Shown here: positions 1-10,529 of the stretch, in pieces
How the letters are laid out: every line of letters starts with the position of its first letter
How positions within the stretch are numbered: position 1 is the stretch's first letter
Origin: Nitrospinota bacterium
GTDB taxonomy: Bacteria > Nitrospinota > Nitrospinia > Nitrospinales > VA-1
Length of the DNA stretch: 64,000 nucleotides
Assembly (NCBI GenBank): GCA_009873655.1
Contig: WAIB01000010.1
Span: forward strand, 9,078-73,077
Direction: 5' to 3'
Notes under the pieces: generated by a model
The model's database searches: none
What the model saw: only the letters and a program-made list of their open reading frames with translations
What the model was told of the DNA's origin: nothing
Made by a program: the position numbers and the translations under genes

Positions 1-1
1 T

Positions 2-403
2 TCTTTTGACATCCAGAGAGGGCTCGACGAACACGCATCTCACGTCGTTTTTAACGGCAGGGAAGGCGGGTTGATGGGGGCCAACGCATTGAGGGCAAAA
101 GCAGGTGAAACTGTTCGTATTTATTTCGGTAACATCGGCCCCAACAGTATTTCATCTTTTCACATCATTGGTGAAATTTTTGACAAGGTTTATAACGAGG
201 GAGGAATTGGTGGAGCCGCGGGTAAAAACATTCAAACCACATTGGTTCCTTCCGCGGGTGCAACGATTGTTGAATTTAAAGTGGATGCACCGGGAACCTA
301 TGCCCTGGTAGACCATAGCATCTACCGCGTCGCCAAAGGTGCCATCGGGCACCTGGTGGCTGAAGGCGATGACAACCCAAAAGTAATCCGTCAAGGAAAG
401 TAA
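2..403 (+). CDS. nirK: Copper-containing nitrite reductase (NirK/AniA type), C-terminal part; truncated by the window start
   Basis: The frame is open from base 2 (SFDIQRGLDEHASHVVFNG...). Motifs GETVRIYFGNIGPN, SSFHIIGEIFDKVY and PGTYALVDH match the second cupredoxin domain of CuNIR. Confidence 0.9.
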   Translation, partial: SFDIQRGLDEHASHVVFNGREGGLMGANALRAKAGETVRIYFGNIGPNSISSFHIIGEIFDKVYNEGGIGGAAGKNIQTTLVPSAGATIVEFKVDAPGTYALVDHSIYRVAKGAIGHLVAEGDDNPKVIRQGK

Positions 404-428
404 CCGGTTACAAAACACCACCCGTTTT

Positions 429-465
429 AAGCCCTGATGATACTTCATCAGGGCTTTTCCTTTTT
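429..465 (+). terminator. Rho-independent terminator after nirK
   Basis: 12-bp perfect stem AAGCCCTGATGA / TCATCAGGGCTT with a TACT loop, followed by a T-rich tract. Confidence 0.8.
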
Positions 466-616
466 GCGCGATCCCTCCCCGTACCTTTTATGTAATCAAC
501 TCCAGGCTCAACCGACTATTATTCGATAAACATTTTCTTTAAAGTTGAAGACCACCTGTTAATAAAGTAAATTAAATTCAAAATTTTCATCTGGAAAAAA
601 ACGAGGAGATGGTTTT

Positions 617-2251
617 ATGAAAGCATCGGATCTATTTGTACGTTCCCTCGAACACGAGGAGGTCGAATATATTTTTGGAATTCCGGGCGAAGAAAATCTC
701 GATATTCTTGAATCGCTAAGGGAATCAAAAATCAAACTGATTTTAACCCGGCATGAACAGGCAGCGGGGTTCATGGCCGCCACCTATGGAAGACTGACGG
801 GAAAGGTGGGGGTCTGCCTTTCCACACTGGGTCCCGGTGTTACCAATTTTGTAACCTCGGGAGCCTATGCCCAACTGGGTGCTATGCCTGTTCTCATGAT
901 CTCGGGACAAAAACCCATCAAGAAAAGCAAACAGGGACAATTCCAAATCATTGATGTGGTTGAGATGATGAAACCTTTGACAAAATTTACCAAACAAATT
1001 GTGCATGGAAATAATATTCCTGTTCTGGTCCACGAAGCAATGCGCCTGGCGAGGGAAGAACGACCGGGTGCGGTCCACCTGGAACTGCCGGAAGATATTG
1101 CCGCTGAAGATTGTAACGTGAAACCGTTTGACCCGGTTTTTTTCCGCCGCCCTCAAGCTGACGAACTAACAATTGGAAAAGCATGTGAAATGATTCGCCA
1201 GGCAGAAATGCCCCTTCTGCTGATCGGCGCCGGGGCAAACAGAAACCGGACTTGCGAAGCACTGAAAAAATTAATAGACAAAACCGGGTTGTATTTCTTC
1301 AACACTCAAATGGGAAAGGGTGTGGTGGATGAACGACTCCCGACATTTCTGGGAACGGCTGCGCTTTCCGCCGATGACTACCTGCATTGCGCCATTGATC
1401 GCGCCGATTTGATTATCAACGTGGGTCACGATGTCATCGAAAAACCTCCCTTTTTCATGTCTCCGGGCGGAACCAAAGTCATTCACATAAACTACTTCTC
1501 CGCCAAGGTCGATGAAATTTACTTTCCTCAATTGAACGTGGTGGGAGACATTGCCGACAGCATACATCGGCTGGCCGACAAAATGGATAAATGCAAGGGC
1601 TGCGACTATTTCCACCGTGTCAAGGAAGAGGTGGAAGCGCATGTTAGAATGGGCAGCGATGACACCCACTTTCCCATTCGTCCGCAACACCTGGTGGCCG
1701 AGGTAAGAAATGCCATGCCAGACGATGGAATCATTGCCCTGGACAATGGGGTTTATAAAATCTGGTTTGCAAGGAATTACAAGGCCTACCGGCCCAATAC
1801 GGTTTTACTGGACAACGCCCTGGCGACCATGGGTGCCGGTCTGCCCTCGGCAATGGGAGCAAAAATTGTTCACCCCGATAGAAAAGTAATGGCCATTTGC
1901 GGAGACGGGGGTTTCATGATGAACTCCCAGGAACTGGAAACCGCAGTGAGATTAAAAATGAACCTGGTCGTGGTGATCCTCCGTGACGATGCCTATGGGA
2001 TGATCAAATGGAAACAGGCAGGAATGGGATTTCAAAGTTTCGGACTGGATTATGGAAACCCCGATTTCGTAAAATACGCCGAAGCTTATGGAGCCAACGG
2101 GCATCGTGTAAAATCCAGCGAGCAGTTGCCTGTTCTTTTTAACGAATGCCTGAATGGGTCGGGAGTCCATCTCATAGAAGTTCCCGTCGACTACTCTGAA
2201 AACGAAAAAGTTCTGATTGAAGAATTGAAATCCAAAACCTGTATATTATGA
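617..2251 (+). CDS. ThDP-dependent enzyme of the acetolactate synthase large-subunit family (possible 2-oxoglutarate decarboxylase)
   Basis: Motifs IFGIPGEEN and RHEQAAGFMA, ThDP motif GDGGFMMN...DDAYG; GAGGAG RBS upstream. No ilvH small subunit is adjacent. Confidence 0.85.
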   Translation: MKASDLFVRSLEHEEVEYIFGIPGEENLDILESLRESKIKLILTRHEQAAGFMAATYGRLTGKVGVCLSTLGPGVTNFVTSGAYAQLGAMPVLMISGQKPIKKSKQGQFQIIDVVEMMKPLTKFTKQIVHGNNIPVLVHEAMRLAREERPGAVHLELPEDIAAEDCNVKPFDPVFFRRPQADELTIGKACEMIRQAEMPLLLIGAGANRNRTCEALKKLIDKTGLYFFNTQMGKGVVDERLPTFLGTAALSADDYLHCAIDRADLIINVGHDVIEKPPFFMSPGGTKVIHINYFSAKVDEIYFPQLNVVGDIADSIHRLADKMDKCKGCDYFHRVKEEVEAHVRMGSDDTHFPIRPQHLVAEVRNAMPDDGIIALDNGVYKIWFARNYKAYRPNTVLLDNALATMGAGLPSAMGAKIVHPDRKVMAICGDGGFMMNSQELETAVRLKMNLVVVILRDDAYGMIKWKQAGMGFQSFGLDYGNPDFVKYAEAYGANGHRVKSSEQLPVLFNECLNGSGVHLIEVPVDYSENEKVLIEELKSKTCIL

Positions 2252-2275
2252 CCGCCAAAAATAAAGGATGTTCCC

Positions 2276-3664
2276 ATGACTGAAAAGCTAAAAGTCCTTT
2301 CTCCTTACGATGGACATTTAATTAAAGAAATTGATTTAGATGATGAGACTCGTATAGAAGAAGCCCTAACCGCCGCCCACGAATTGGAACAAAATAAGCC
2401 GATTCCCACTCCCGAGAGAATTTCCATTCTCAATAAAACGGCCGATCTGGTTGAAGCAAGGGCTGAAGAGTTTGCCCGGCAGGCTGCAGAAGAAGGCGGC
2501 AAACCCCTGATCGATTCGCGAATAGAACTCGCCCGGGCAGTACAGGGAATCAGGGAAGCCGCAAATTCAATCGGCCAGCTTACGGGACATGAAATTCCCA
2601 TGAACCTGACGGCTTCATCCATGAACCGGATGGCTTTCACTACCCGTGAACCCATTGGCATCGTTGCCGCGATCAGCGCATTCAATCACCCTTTCAACCT
2701 GATCGTTCACCAGGTGGTACCCGCTGTAGCAGTAGGTTGCCCGGTGATTGTCAAACCCGCACGCACCACTCCCCTGTCTTGCCTGAATCTTGTCAATTGC
2801 CTGTACGAGGCAGGGTTACCCAAAAACTGGGTTCAAGTTATTGTCTGTAAAGGATCGCTGGCTGAAAAAATGGCCACCGATCCAAGGGTTTCTTTTCTGA
2901 CCTTCATCGGTTCGGGAGAAGTGGGCTGGGGCCTGCGATCCAAACTGGCCCAAGGTGCACGCTGCGCGTTAGAGCATGGCGGTGCCGCACCTGTCATTGT
3001 GGAACCGGATGCCGATATTGAGGACGCGCTTCCTCTACTGGCGAAAGGGGGATTTTATCATGCAGGCCAGGTCTGCGTTTCGGTGCAACGCGTTTTTGTG
3101 CACGAAGAGATCGTTGAAAATTTTTCCAATAAACTGGTGGATATCGCAAAAAGGTTAGTGGTCGGCGATCCCACTGATGAAAAAACAGAGGTGGGGCCCC
3201 TCATCCAAAAAGGCGAAGTCGAGCGGATCCATAAATGGGTTGAGGAAGCCAAGGCAGCTGGTGGAAAAATTTTAACGGGGGGTAATCCAATCGGAGATAC
3301 CTGTTATGAACCTACCGTTATTTTGAATCCCCCATATGATTCCAATGTATCACAATGTGAAATTTTTGGCCCCGTCATCAATATTTATTCATACAAAAAC
3401 AGAAGCGATGCCATAAAACTTGCCAATGACGTTCCGTTCTCGTTTCAAGCAGCCGTTTTTACAAAAGATATCAATGCCGCTTTAGAATCGGCAAAGAACC
3501 TGAACGCGGCAGCCGTAATGGTAAACGACCATACCGCATTCCGGGTCGATTGGATGCCGTTTGCGGGTAGAAAATCTTCAGGACTCGGTGTCGGGGGAAT
3601 TTTGCCCACCATGATTGAAATGACAGAAGAAAAACTGATTGTATTCAGGTCTAAATTAATTTAA
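2276..3664 (+). CDS. NAD(P)-dependent aldehyde dehydrogenase family protein (possible succinate-semialdehyde dehydrogenase)
   Basis: Motifs FNHP, KPA, FIGS, LEHGG, catalytic Cys in AGQVCVS, EIFGPV. Confidence 0.88.
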   Translation: MTEKLKVLSPYDGHLIKEIDLDDETRIEEALTAAHELEQNKPIPTPERISILNKTADLVEARAEEFARQAAEEGGKPLIDSRIELARAVQGIREAANSIGQLTGHEIPMNLTASSMNRMAFTTREPIGIVAAISAFNHPFNLIVHQVVPAVAVGCPVIVKPARTTPLSCLNLVNCLYEAGLPKNWVQVIVCKGSLAEKMATDPRVSFLTFIGSGEVGWGLRSKLAQGARCALEHGGAAPVIVEPDADIEDALPLLAKGGFYHAGQVCVSVQRVFVHEEIVENFSNKLVDIAKRLVVGDPTDEKTEVGPLIQKGEVERIHKWVEEAKAAGGKILTGGNPIGDTCYEPTVILNPPYDSNVSQCEIFGPVINIYSYKNRSDAIKLANDVPFSFQAAVFTKDINAALESAKNLNAAAVMVNDHTAFRVDWMPFAGRKSSGLGVGGILPTMIEMTEEKLIVFRSKLI

Positions 3665-3676
3665 ACGACGTTTGTT

Positions 3677-5026
3677 CTAATCTGCCGCACACCTGAATCC
3701 TGTTCCGTCGGATTGCAATTGAAAATGGGAATTCATTCTATTGGCTGACCTCATTTGCCCAGCCTTTTTATTCCAGCTCCCTCCCCTGTTCACCTTTTGC
3801 GTGATGGAGAATGAACCCACGCAATCGACTCCGCTGCAGGCATCGAGTTCGGGACGAGGACCACGGGGATTTTTCTCGGGACTCATCAGATAATAATTTT
3901 CAGCTACCGGCATCCAGTCAAAAACCCATTCACTGACATTTCCGGCCATGTCATAAAGCCCAAAAGCATTGGGAGGAAAAGACCCTACCGGCGAAGTATT
4001 TTTAAAACCATCGGTTTTATCCGGGTCTCTCGAATTAAGATCGCATTCCCGGTCGCAAAAATTTCCCTCTTTTCCGGTCACCTTTTCTCCCCAGTAGTAC
4101 TCACTTTTCGTTCCGCCTCGTGCTGCGAATTCCCATTCAGCTTCTGTCGGCAAACGCATCCCCTGTTTTTTGCAATAATCCCTTGCATCTTCCCATGCGA
4201 CACTATCTACCGGCAGGTCCGCCCCGGGGAACTGCGATGGGTTGAAGCCCATTACACTTTGAAAAAATTTTTGCCTGACTTCATACTTTCCGATCTTAAA
4301 AGAGGACAGGCATACCTTGTGAACGGGACGCTCATCGGAGTTCCCTGAGTCGCTTCCCATTTGAAAACAGCCCTCTTTTATAACAACCATTTCCTCTTCC
4401 GGTTTATCCTGGCTTGTCGAAATCGCCATTTTTTGAACTTTCGCTTTTAGAGCCGTGACCAGCTCGCGAGTCGCTGTTGGAATTCCGTGATACTTTATCC
4501 GGTACCGGCTCTTAGGCAACAATTCCATTTTCCCTGTACTCATTATAAAAACCCGAAAATGAGGAACCGGGCCCAAAGCATCCTGCTTTACAAACTGGCT
4601 GATATCCTCATCCACTTCACCGGACTCATCCATTGCCATAACGGTTTCATCCACCAGTTCCGCTTTTCGACCCTTGGTTTCACCCTTGGCAAATACCAGG
4701 ATCGTTCTTCCCCTGGCCTCGGGCATAGCAAGAATTCGATTGAGAAGATCTTCCGCTTCCTTGAGTTTTTTCAATTCGATCTTCGTATCCGCTTGAGCAC
4801 GGAGGACCTTATAATTGTCCGAGTCTTTCCTTAAAACCCGATCAAACAACTTCTCGGCCTCGAGGTATTTACCTTCAGAAAAAGCCTTTTCGCCCCTTGC
4901 GAAAATTTTAACCAGTTCCTGTGCATGTATAACGGATGAGAAAAATAATAAGAGCAGGAGTTGTCCTGATAAAATTTTGAAAATCTTGGCAAACTTATCC
5001 ATGGGGAGATTCCTATAAATCGACAT
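3677..5026 (-). CDS. Exported TPR + SUMF1/FGE-sulfatase (formylglycine-generating enzyme family) domain protein
   Basis: Signal peptide (...SSVIHA-Q), N-terminal TPR helices, FQMGS, RLPTEAEWEFAARGG, NAFGLYDMAGNVSEW, RGGSW, GFRC. An alternative start is ATG 5002. Confidence 0.85.
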   Translation of the reverse strand: MSIYRNLPMDKFAKIFKILSGQLLLLLFFSSVIHAQELVKIFARGEKAFSEGKYLEAEKLFDRVLRKDSDNYKVLRAQADTKIELKKLKEAEDLLNRILAMPEARGRTILVFAKGETKGRKAELVDETVMAMDESGEVDEDISQFVKQDALGPVPHFRVFIMSTGKMELLPKSRYRIKYHGIPTATRELVTALKAKVQKMAISTSQDKPEEEMVVIKEGCFQMGSDSGNSDERPVHKVCLSSFKIGKYEVRQKFFQSVMGFNPSQFPGADLPVDSVAWEDARDYCKKQGMRLPTEAEWEFAARGGTKSEYYWGEKVTGKEGNFCDRECDLNSRDPDKTDGFKNTSPVGSFPPNAFGLYDMAGNVSEWVFDWMPVAENYYLMSPEKNPRGPRPELDACSGVDCVGSFSITQKVNRGGSWNKKAGQMRSANRMNSHFQLQSDGTGFRCAAD

Positions 5027-5295
5027 TTTTATCTATTAAAAAAAATGGTTTCGAAAGGAAAAATACAAGGTATCAAAATGATTTTTTTCTTCAGAAAACC
5101 ATAATTTTTTAATCTAAAAAGATTGCATGACCCTGGGCTGCCGCATTAAAATTAACTCGGATCCCAGGATATCACTTAGTATAGATGAATTAAAAACCGC
5201 TAACAGGTTAAGTTTAACAAAAATTTTCACACTATAATAAACACCTTGTTTATTAGTCCGTTACAGGCCCAAAAACATTCACCGCAAATTTCAAA

Positions 5296-5673
5296 ATGAA
5301 ACTTATTATAAAAAATATTAAAAACTTAAAAATTTTTTTTGCAGCTTTATTATTAATCATGAGCTGCACCCATGTAGACGAAGACCCATTAAACTTGCGA
5401 GTGGGGGCAGAACCATCCGCAAAAATGCGGAACGACGAAGGTATAAAACATTTTAAAGCAGGAAGAAATTATGATGCCCTTTTGCAATTCAACCAGGCAA
5501 ATTTGGCCGACCCCACTTCGGGAGAAATTCATTTTAACCTGGGGCTTGCGCTTTGGAACGAAAATAAAAAGGAAAAAGCCATAAAGCATTTCAAACAAGC
5601 GAAAAAACTGGCCAAAGGAAACCCCAAGATTTTACAGTCGAAATTAATCCAAAAAATCCTTCAAGAAAATTAA
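5296..5673 (+). CDS. TPR-containing lipoprotein
   Basis: Lipobox-like LIMSC after a hydrophobic stretch; TPR signature EIHFNLGLAL...AIKHFKQA. Confidence 0.75.
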   Translation: MKLIIKNIKNLKIFFAALLLIMSCTHVDEDPLNLRVGAEPSAKMRNDEGIKHFKAGRNYDALLQFNQANLADPTSGEIHFNLGLALWNENKKEKAIKHFKQAKKLAKGNPKILQSKLIQKILQEN

Positions 5674-5876
5674 AAAAGCATTTCGACTTTTTTTATAATT
5701 ATAAATCAACCAGGCTTAAATTCCTTCAAACCCAGTCTTTGAATTCTGGCAGTAAGAGCGGTTGGCCGCGTAACCCTGTTCCCAATCCCCAAATAAATAA
5801 AAGTCTGGCAATAAAATTAAATTAGCCTTTCTGAAATGTTATACTGTCGCTAACATTTTAAATCGAAGGCCTTTTT

Positions 5877-6893
5877 ATGATCATTGTAATGTCCCCGGGT
5901 GCCACCCCCGAACAAATAGAGGAAGTTGAAAAATCAATTAAAGAATTCGGGTACACCCCGCACGAAATTCAAGGAGTCGAGCGAAAAGTCATAGGTGCTG
6001 TTGGGGATGAACGGAACAAAGGCAGACTTCAGTCCATCGAAACGATGGCAGGGGTGGAAAGCGTCTTTCCCATTCTAAAACCTTATAAGCTTGCCAGCCG
6101 GGAAATAAAAGAAGTCAACTCGGTGATTCAAGCCGATGGGGTCTCTGTAGGAGACAAGAGAATCGCCATCATCGCCGGACCTTGCTCGGTAGAAAGCAAA
6201 GACCAGATTTGCACCACAGCGGAACTGGTAAAAGAAGCCGGAGCCAATTTTCTCCGGGGAGGCGCATATAAACCCCGGACCTCCCCTTATAGTTTTCAGG
6301 GGATGGAAGAAGACGGGCTCAAGTTGCTGGCAGAGGCCAAAGCCGTATCCGGGCTTCCCATCGTAACGGAAATCATGAATCCCAGAGAAATTGAACTGGT
6401 TGAAAAATATGCGGATGTCCTGCAGGTCGGGGCCAGGAATATGCAGAATTTTTCCCTGCTGAAAGAACTGGGCCGAGTAAACAAGCCCATCCTGTTAAAG
6501 CGGGGCATGATGAACACGATTAAAGAGTTTTTAATGTCAGCCGAGTATATTCTGTCGGAAGGGAACAGCGAAGTCATCCTTTGCGAAAGGGGCATCCGCA
6601 CTTTTGAAACCGCCACACGAAATACCCTCGATATAAGTTGCATACCGGTCCTGAAAAAGGAGACCCATTTGCCCATTATCATTGATCCCAGCCACGCTAC
6701 AGGACATTGGGATTTGGTGGAATCCATGTCCCGGGCCTGCATTGCGGCGGGGGCGGATGGCCTGATCATCGAGGTTCACCCCGACCCGGTCAAAGCGTTT
6801 TCGGATGGACCGCAATCTCTAAAGCCTTCCAAATTTTCCCGGCTCATGAAAAGCCTGCGACCTTTTGCGGAATTAATGGGGCGCACCCTCTGA
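5877..6893 (+). CDS. aroF: 3-deoxy-7-phosphoheptulonate (DAHP) synthase, type I-beta with N-terminal ACT-like domain
   Basis: Motifs [44 protein letters not shown]. Confidence 0.95.
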   Translation: MIIVMSPGATPEQIEEVEKSIKEFGYTPHEIQGVERKVIGAVGDERNKGRLQSIETMAGVESVFPILKPYKLASREIKEVNSVIQADGVSVGDKRIAIIAGPCSVESKDQICTTAELVKEAGANFLRGGAYKPRTSPYSFQGMEEDGLKLLAEAKAVSGLPIVTEIMNPREIELVEKYADVLQVGARNMQNFSLLKELGRVNKPILLKRGMMNTIKEFLMSAEYILSEGNSEVILCERGIRTFETATRNTLDISCIPVLKKETHLPIIIDPSHATGHWDLVESMSRACIAAGADGLIIEVHPDPVKAFSDGPQSLKPSKFSRLMKSLRPFAELMGRTL

Positions 6894-7015
6894 TCAGCAC
6901 CGCAAAACATACCGCTAACCTCTTGAATTCCTAAGCTTTTAGGTTTATTCTAAATCTGGCTTTTGTTAATTCCGGGGCGTCATTCAAAGACCTCGAATTT
7001 TGCGTAGAATCCAGA

Positions 7016-9727
7016 ATGAATGAACTCTATTCAACCAATCGCAATCTTTCCGAATCCTATCGGAAGAAACTTCAGGAAAAAATTTCCACCCTCGACCAGT
7101 CAAAAATATTTTCCGATCAAGACGAGATCAACCCGCAAAAATATTATTTGGATTTCAAAGACCGCGCCCTGGATTTTGTTTCCAAAGAAACCGAACATCT
7201 CAAAAAGGAATGTCTTAAATCGGATAATTCCCATCTTATCCTTCTCAATCAAACCGCACTGGTCGATACCATCGTTAAAGCGGCTTTTGTTTCTGCATTG
7301 GGGTTTTTCAATAAACAAAACCAGCAGAATTTAACTCCGGAAACAGCACCGATCGCCCTTCTTGCCTGCGGAGGCTATGGTCGGGAGGAAATGTATTTTC
7401 GGTCCGATGTAGACGTGCAGATTGTTTCCCAGGGTTCCCTGAACGAAGAGGAAAAAAAGTGGACAGAGGAAATCATCCGTCATTTTGAATATCTTTTTAT
7501 TTTTCAAAATATTTTCCCGGCCTCAAGCAATTCCTGGTACACGGATAATGAATCTTTTCAAAAAGAACTGAGCAGGCAAAACATAACCCGGTTTATTGGC
7601 CTGCTCGAGAACCGTTTTGTTACTGGAAATATTTTTGTCTACAAGGAATTTAAAAGCTCAATAAAAACCTTAAGTCTTTTGCATCAAGATGAAATCACCA
7701 AACACTGTTTGAGTCACGGGGGTTATTATGAAGTTCAAAATACCGTTTTCAAGCAGGAACCTGACATAAAAGAGGAACTGCAGAGATTATACTGGGCTCT
7801 CACTTCCGTCAGGATTATTCAAAAAATAGAAAAGACCAACCAGTTCGAATTATTAAACGACCTGTTCGCCAGAAACCTGATCAGCCCGCTTGCCTATAAA
7901 AGCATGCAAAAGGGATTCAACTTCCTCTCGAAGGTAAGGCTCCTGTTGCACACAATACAACGTGGAGCGCACAGGGATTTAATGAGCTACGAAGTGAGGG
8001 AAACCATAGCGCAGTCCATGGGTTATGACGTGAAGGCGTTTTTTCAGGACTATTTTTTCGAAGCCGTTTATCCACTTAAAAGATTCAGCCGCAACCTTTA
8101 TTCCGAAAGCCTGGCCTCAGACACCAAGAAACAAAAGAATCTTTCAGAATATTTTTCGTTAAATACCCAGAACCAGATTTATTTTGAAAAGGAACCGGAG
8201 TTTTTATTTTCAAAAAACCCTCACTGGTTTTTTAAAGTTTTCATATGGGTCGCAGAAAGAAATTACAACCTTTCCTATGAAGTAACCCGGGCCATTGAGC
8301 AACATGTCGATCAAGCCTATCCTATTTTTTCAGACGACAGTTCTCAGCTAGATATTCAAAATTGCTTTCATCGTATTATCCGAGGCAAGTATTTTTCAAA
8401 AGCCCTTCGCCTGTTGCATGAATTTGAGATTCTGGAAAACTTTTTGATTCCAGAGTTTAAAAACCTCCGCGGACTGCTACAAGACATCTACGTCCACAAA
8501 TTTCCTACCGATATTCACATCCTTTCCGCTTTGGATGCTTTGAATGAATTGGAGTTCAGAAAAACAGCAGACCCTTTCCTTGCCGAGCTTTACCATTCCC
8601 AGAGAGATAAAACCGCTCTCAAGCTTGCTGTTTTGCTTCATGATATCGGTAAGGGAGTCAAGGTGGGTGAACAAAATGAAGAACTGGTTGGAGCCCGATT
8701 GATTCCTAAAATCCTTAGAAACCTGGGTTATGGCAATAAACCGAAAAGGATAGATGATGTGGCTTTTCTCGTTGAGAAACATCTAACTCTTTACGACTTG
8801 ATGTTACTCGACCCGGAGGCAGATGACACCTATGACATGGTTTTGGATCTGGTCGACCATGATAAGGAAAGGCTTAAAATGCTGGTTCTGCTCACCCATG
8901 CAGATCGGGGTGGAACAAAAATGGATATGTCCCGCACCCAGATCGATCAACTGAAACTTTTTTATCAGTACACCCTGCATCATAAAAGGCGTGAAAGCGT
9001 TCCAAACGCATTAAAGCTTGAATTTTTAAAAATGGTGCGTCTGCCTCGCGAGTTACAATCGCAACTGGAATTTTATTACAAATTCAGCCAGTCAAAAAAA
9101 CCCTTCATGGCTGAAATGCTGTTCAATCCGGGACAACCTTCTGACTTGATTGTATGTACCCACGATACGCAGGGATTTCTACATAAAGTGTCTGCGGTAC
9201 TGGCCTTCAATCAATTGGATATTGTACAAGCCAATATTCAAACCATGAAAGACAAGGTATTCGATGTATTCAAAGTGATCAATACTTCAGGCGAACCTAT
9301 CGACTATGGTGATTTCTTTTTTATTCAAGAACGAATCCAGGAAGACCTGCATCGAATATTTATTGAAAAACAACCCCTTCCGGCTATTTTTGCCGGTAGG
9401 AAATTCGGACATAAAATTGAGGGAACCCGTTTTCAAAATGTTAAACTGAAGATGAAAACAATCGGACGCTCCGTAAAGCTTGCGACTCATAATCTGCCGG
9501 GAACATTTATGATGGAGGCAAAAGTATTTTCTGATGCCAATATGGAGTGCCAGAAAGCCGTACTACATACACATCAGGGAACCGCCTCCAATGTATTTTA
9601 TTTGCGCCCAAATGATGTGGCTGAAATAATGAACCATCAGGACCATTTCATCAAAACATTTACCAGGGCTTTAACACCCTTGATCAATGGGGAATCTGTC
9701 TTTTTACATGAAGAGATAAAAAATTAA
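7016..9727 (+). CDS. glnD: GlnD-like bifunctional PII uridylyltransferase / uridylyl-removing enzyme (NTase + HD + ACT)
   Basis: Nucleotidyltransferase motif GGYGREEM..SDVD, HD motif LLHDIGKG, ACT-like DTQGFLHKVSAVLA...DVFKV; 903 aa. Confidence 0.75.
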   Translation: MNELYSTNRNLSESYRKKLQEKISTLDQSKIFSDQDEINPQKYYLDFKDRALDFVSKETEHLKKECLKSDNSHLILLNQTALVDTIVKAAFVSALGFFNKQNQQNLTPETAPIALLACGGYGREEMYFRSDVDVQIVSQGSLNEEEKKWTEEIIRHFEYLFIFQNIFPASSNSWYTDNESFQKELSRQNITRFIGLLENRFVTGNIFVYKEFKSSIKTLSLLHQDEITKHCLSHGGYYEVQNTVFKQEPDIKEELQRLYWALTSVRIIQKIEKTNQFELLNDLFARNLISPLAYKSMQKGFNFLSKVRLLLHTIQRGAHRDLMSYEVRETIAQSMGYDVKAFFQDYFFEAVYPLKRFSRNLYSESLASDTKKQKNLSEYFSLNTQNQIYFEKEPEFLFSKNPHWFFKVFIWVAERNYNLSYEVTRAIEQHVDQAYPIFSDDSSQLDIQNCFHRIIRGKYFSKALRLLHEFEILENFLIPEFKNLRGLLQDIYVHKFPTDIHILSALDALNELEFRKTADPFLAELYHSQRDKTALKLAVLLHDIGKGVKVGEQNEELVGARLIPKILRNLGYGNKPKRIDDVAFLVEKHLTLYDLMLLDPEADDTYDMVLDLVDHDKERLKMLVLLTHADRGGTKMDMSRTQIDQLKLFYQYTLHHKRRESVPNALKLEFLKMVRLPRELQSQLEFYYKFSQSKKPFMAEMLFNPGQPSDLIVCTHDTQGFLHKVSAVLAFNQLDIVQANIQTMKDKVFDVFKVINTSGEPIDYGDFFFIQERIQEDLHRIFIEKQPLPAIFAGRKFGHKIEGTRFQNVKLKMKTIGRSVKLATHNLPGTFMMEAKVFSDANMECQKAVLHTHQGTASNVFYLRPNDVAEIMNHQDHFIKTFTRALTPLINGESVFLHEEIKN

Positions 9728-9743
9728 TTGGCGTTTTTTAATT

Positions 9744-10415
9744 ATGAACCGGAAACAACAACCGACATTTTCCCCATTGCTGATTTTATCTGCAATCATC
9801 ACTCTGGCATTGGCTCCTTTTTCAAACGCGGATGCTGCCTCTCTCAAAGAAGCCATTGAACTCGACAGGGACGGCTTTTATGAGGAAGCTATTGAGCAAT
9901 GGGAAAAATTACAATTGGATTCGCCTGAAAATATCAGGCTCTTGGCCGGACTGAAAATTTCGGGCACCCACGCCAAACTGGGTAACCTGGCCCGTGCGGA
10001 AGAAGTTTCCAAAGCCCTGACCCTGAGCCACCCCCAGCGATACGAATCCTGGTTCAGTTATGCCAACGCTTCCGGGGCCCTTAAAAAATATTCTCAGGCT
10101 GTAACCGCATTCAAAAAAAGCATTGAGCTCAACCCGGAAGAAGCATTGGGAAAGGTGGGACTGGCATTCGTTTTTTTTGGAAATGAAAAACCCGACCTCG
10201 CCGTGGAGGAATTAAAAGGGGCCATGAAAATTTTCAAGGCCAACAAAAATATCTCCTGGTATCGGGATTGCCGCCTGGCAATAAGACAGATTAAAGATTT
10301 CGCCCGATTTCCCCCCAAATTTGCCAATCTTTGGCTGGAAAAAAATCTTAAGCGAATCCAGGATACCTTTGAAAACTCCGTTCTTGATTTTGAAAGCATT
10401 CTGGAAACCAGGTAA
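9744..10415 (+). CDS. Exported TPR protein
   Basis: Signal peptide (...SNADA) and TPR patterns (AVTAFKKSIELNP). Confidence 0.75.
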   Translation: MNRKQQPTFSPLLILSAIITLALAPFSNADAASLKEAIELDRDGFYEEAIEQWEKLQLDSPENIRLLAGLKISGTHAKLGNLARAEEVSKALTLSHPQRYESWFSYANASGALKKYSQAVTAFKKSIELNPEEALGKVGLAFVFFGNEKPDLAVEELKGAMKIFKANKNISWYRDCRLAIRQIKDFARFPPKFANLWLEKNLKRIQDTFENSVLDFESILETR

Positions 10416-10529
10416 GCCCCCCCAAAAATACCAAAATGAAACCCGGTGGGGTTTCCAGTCTCCCAAATATTATTAAAAATTTTTAATTCAAGGTTAATAT
10501 TGTTTTAATTTTGTTCCTATAGAATCGAC

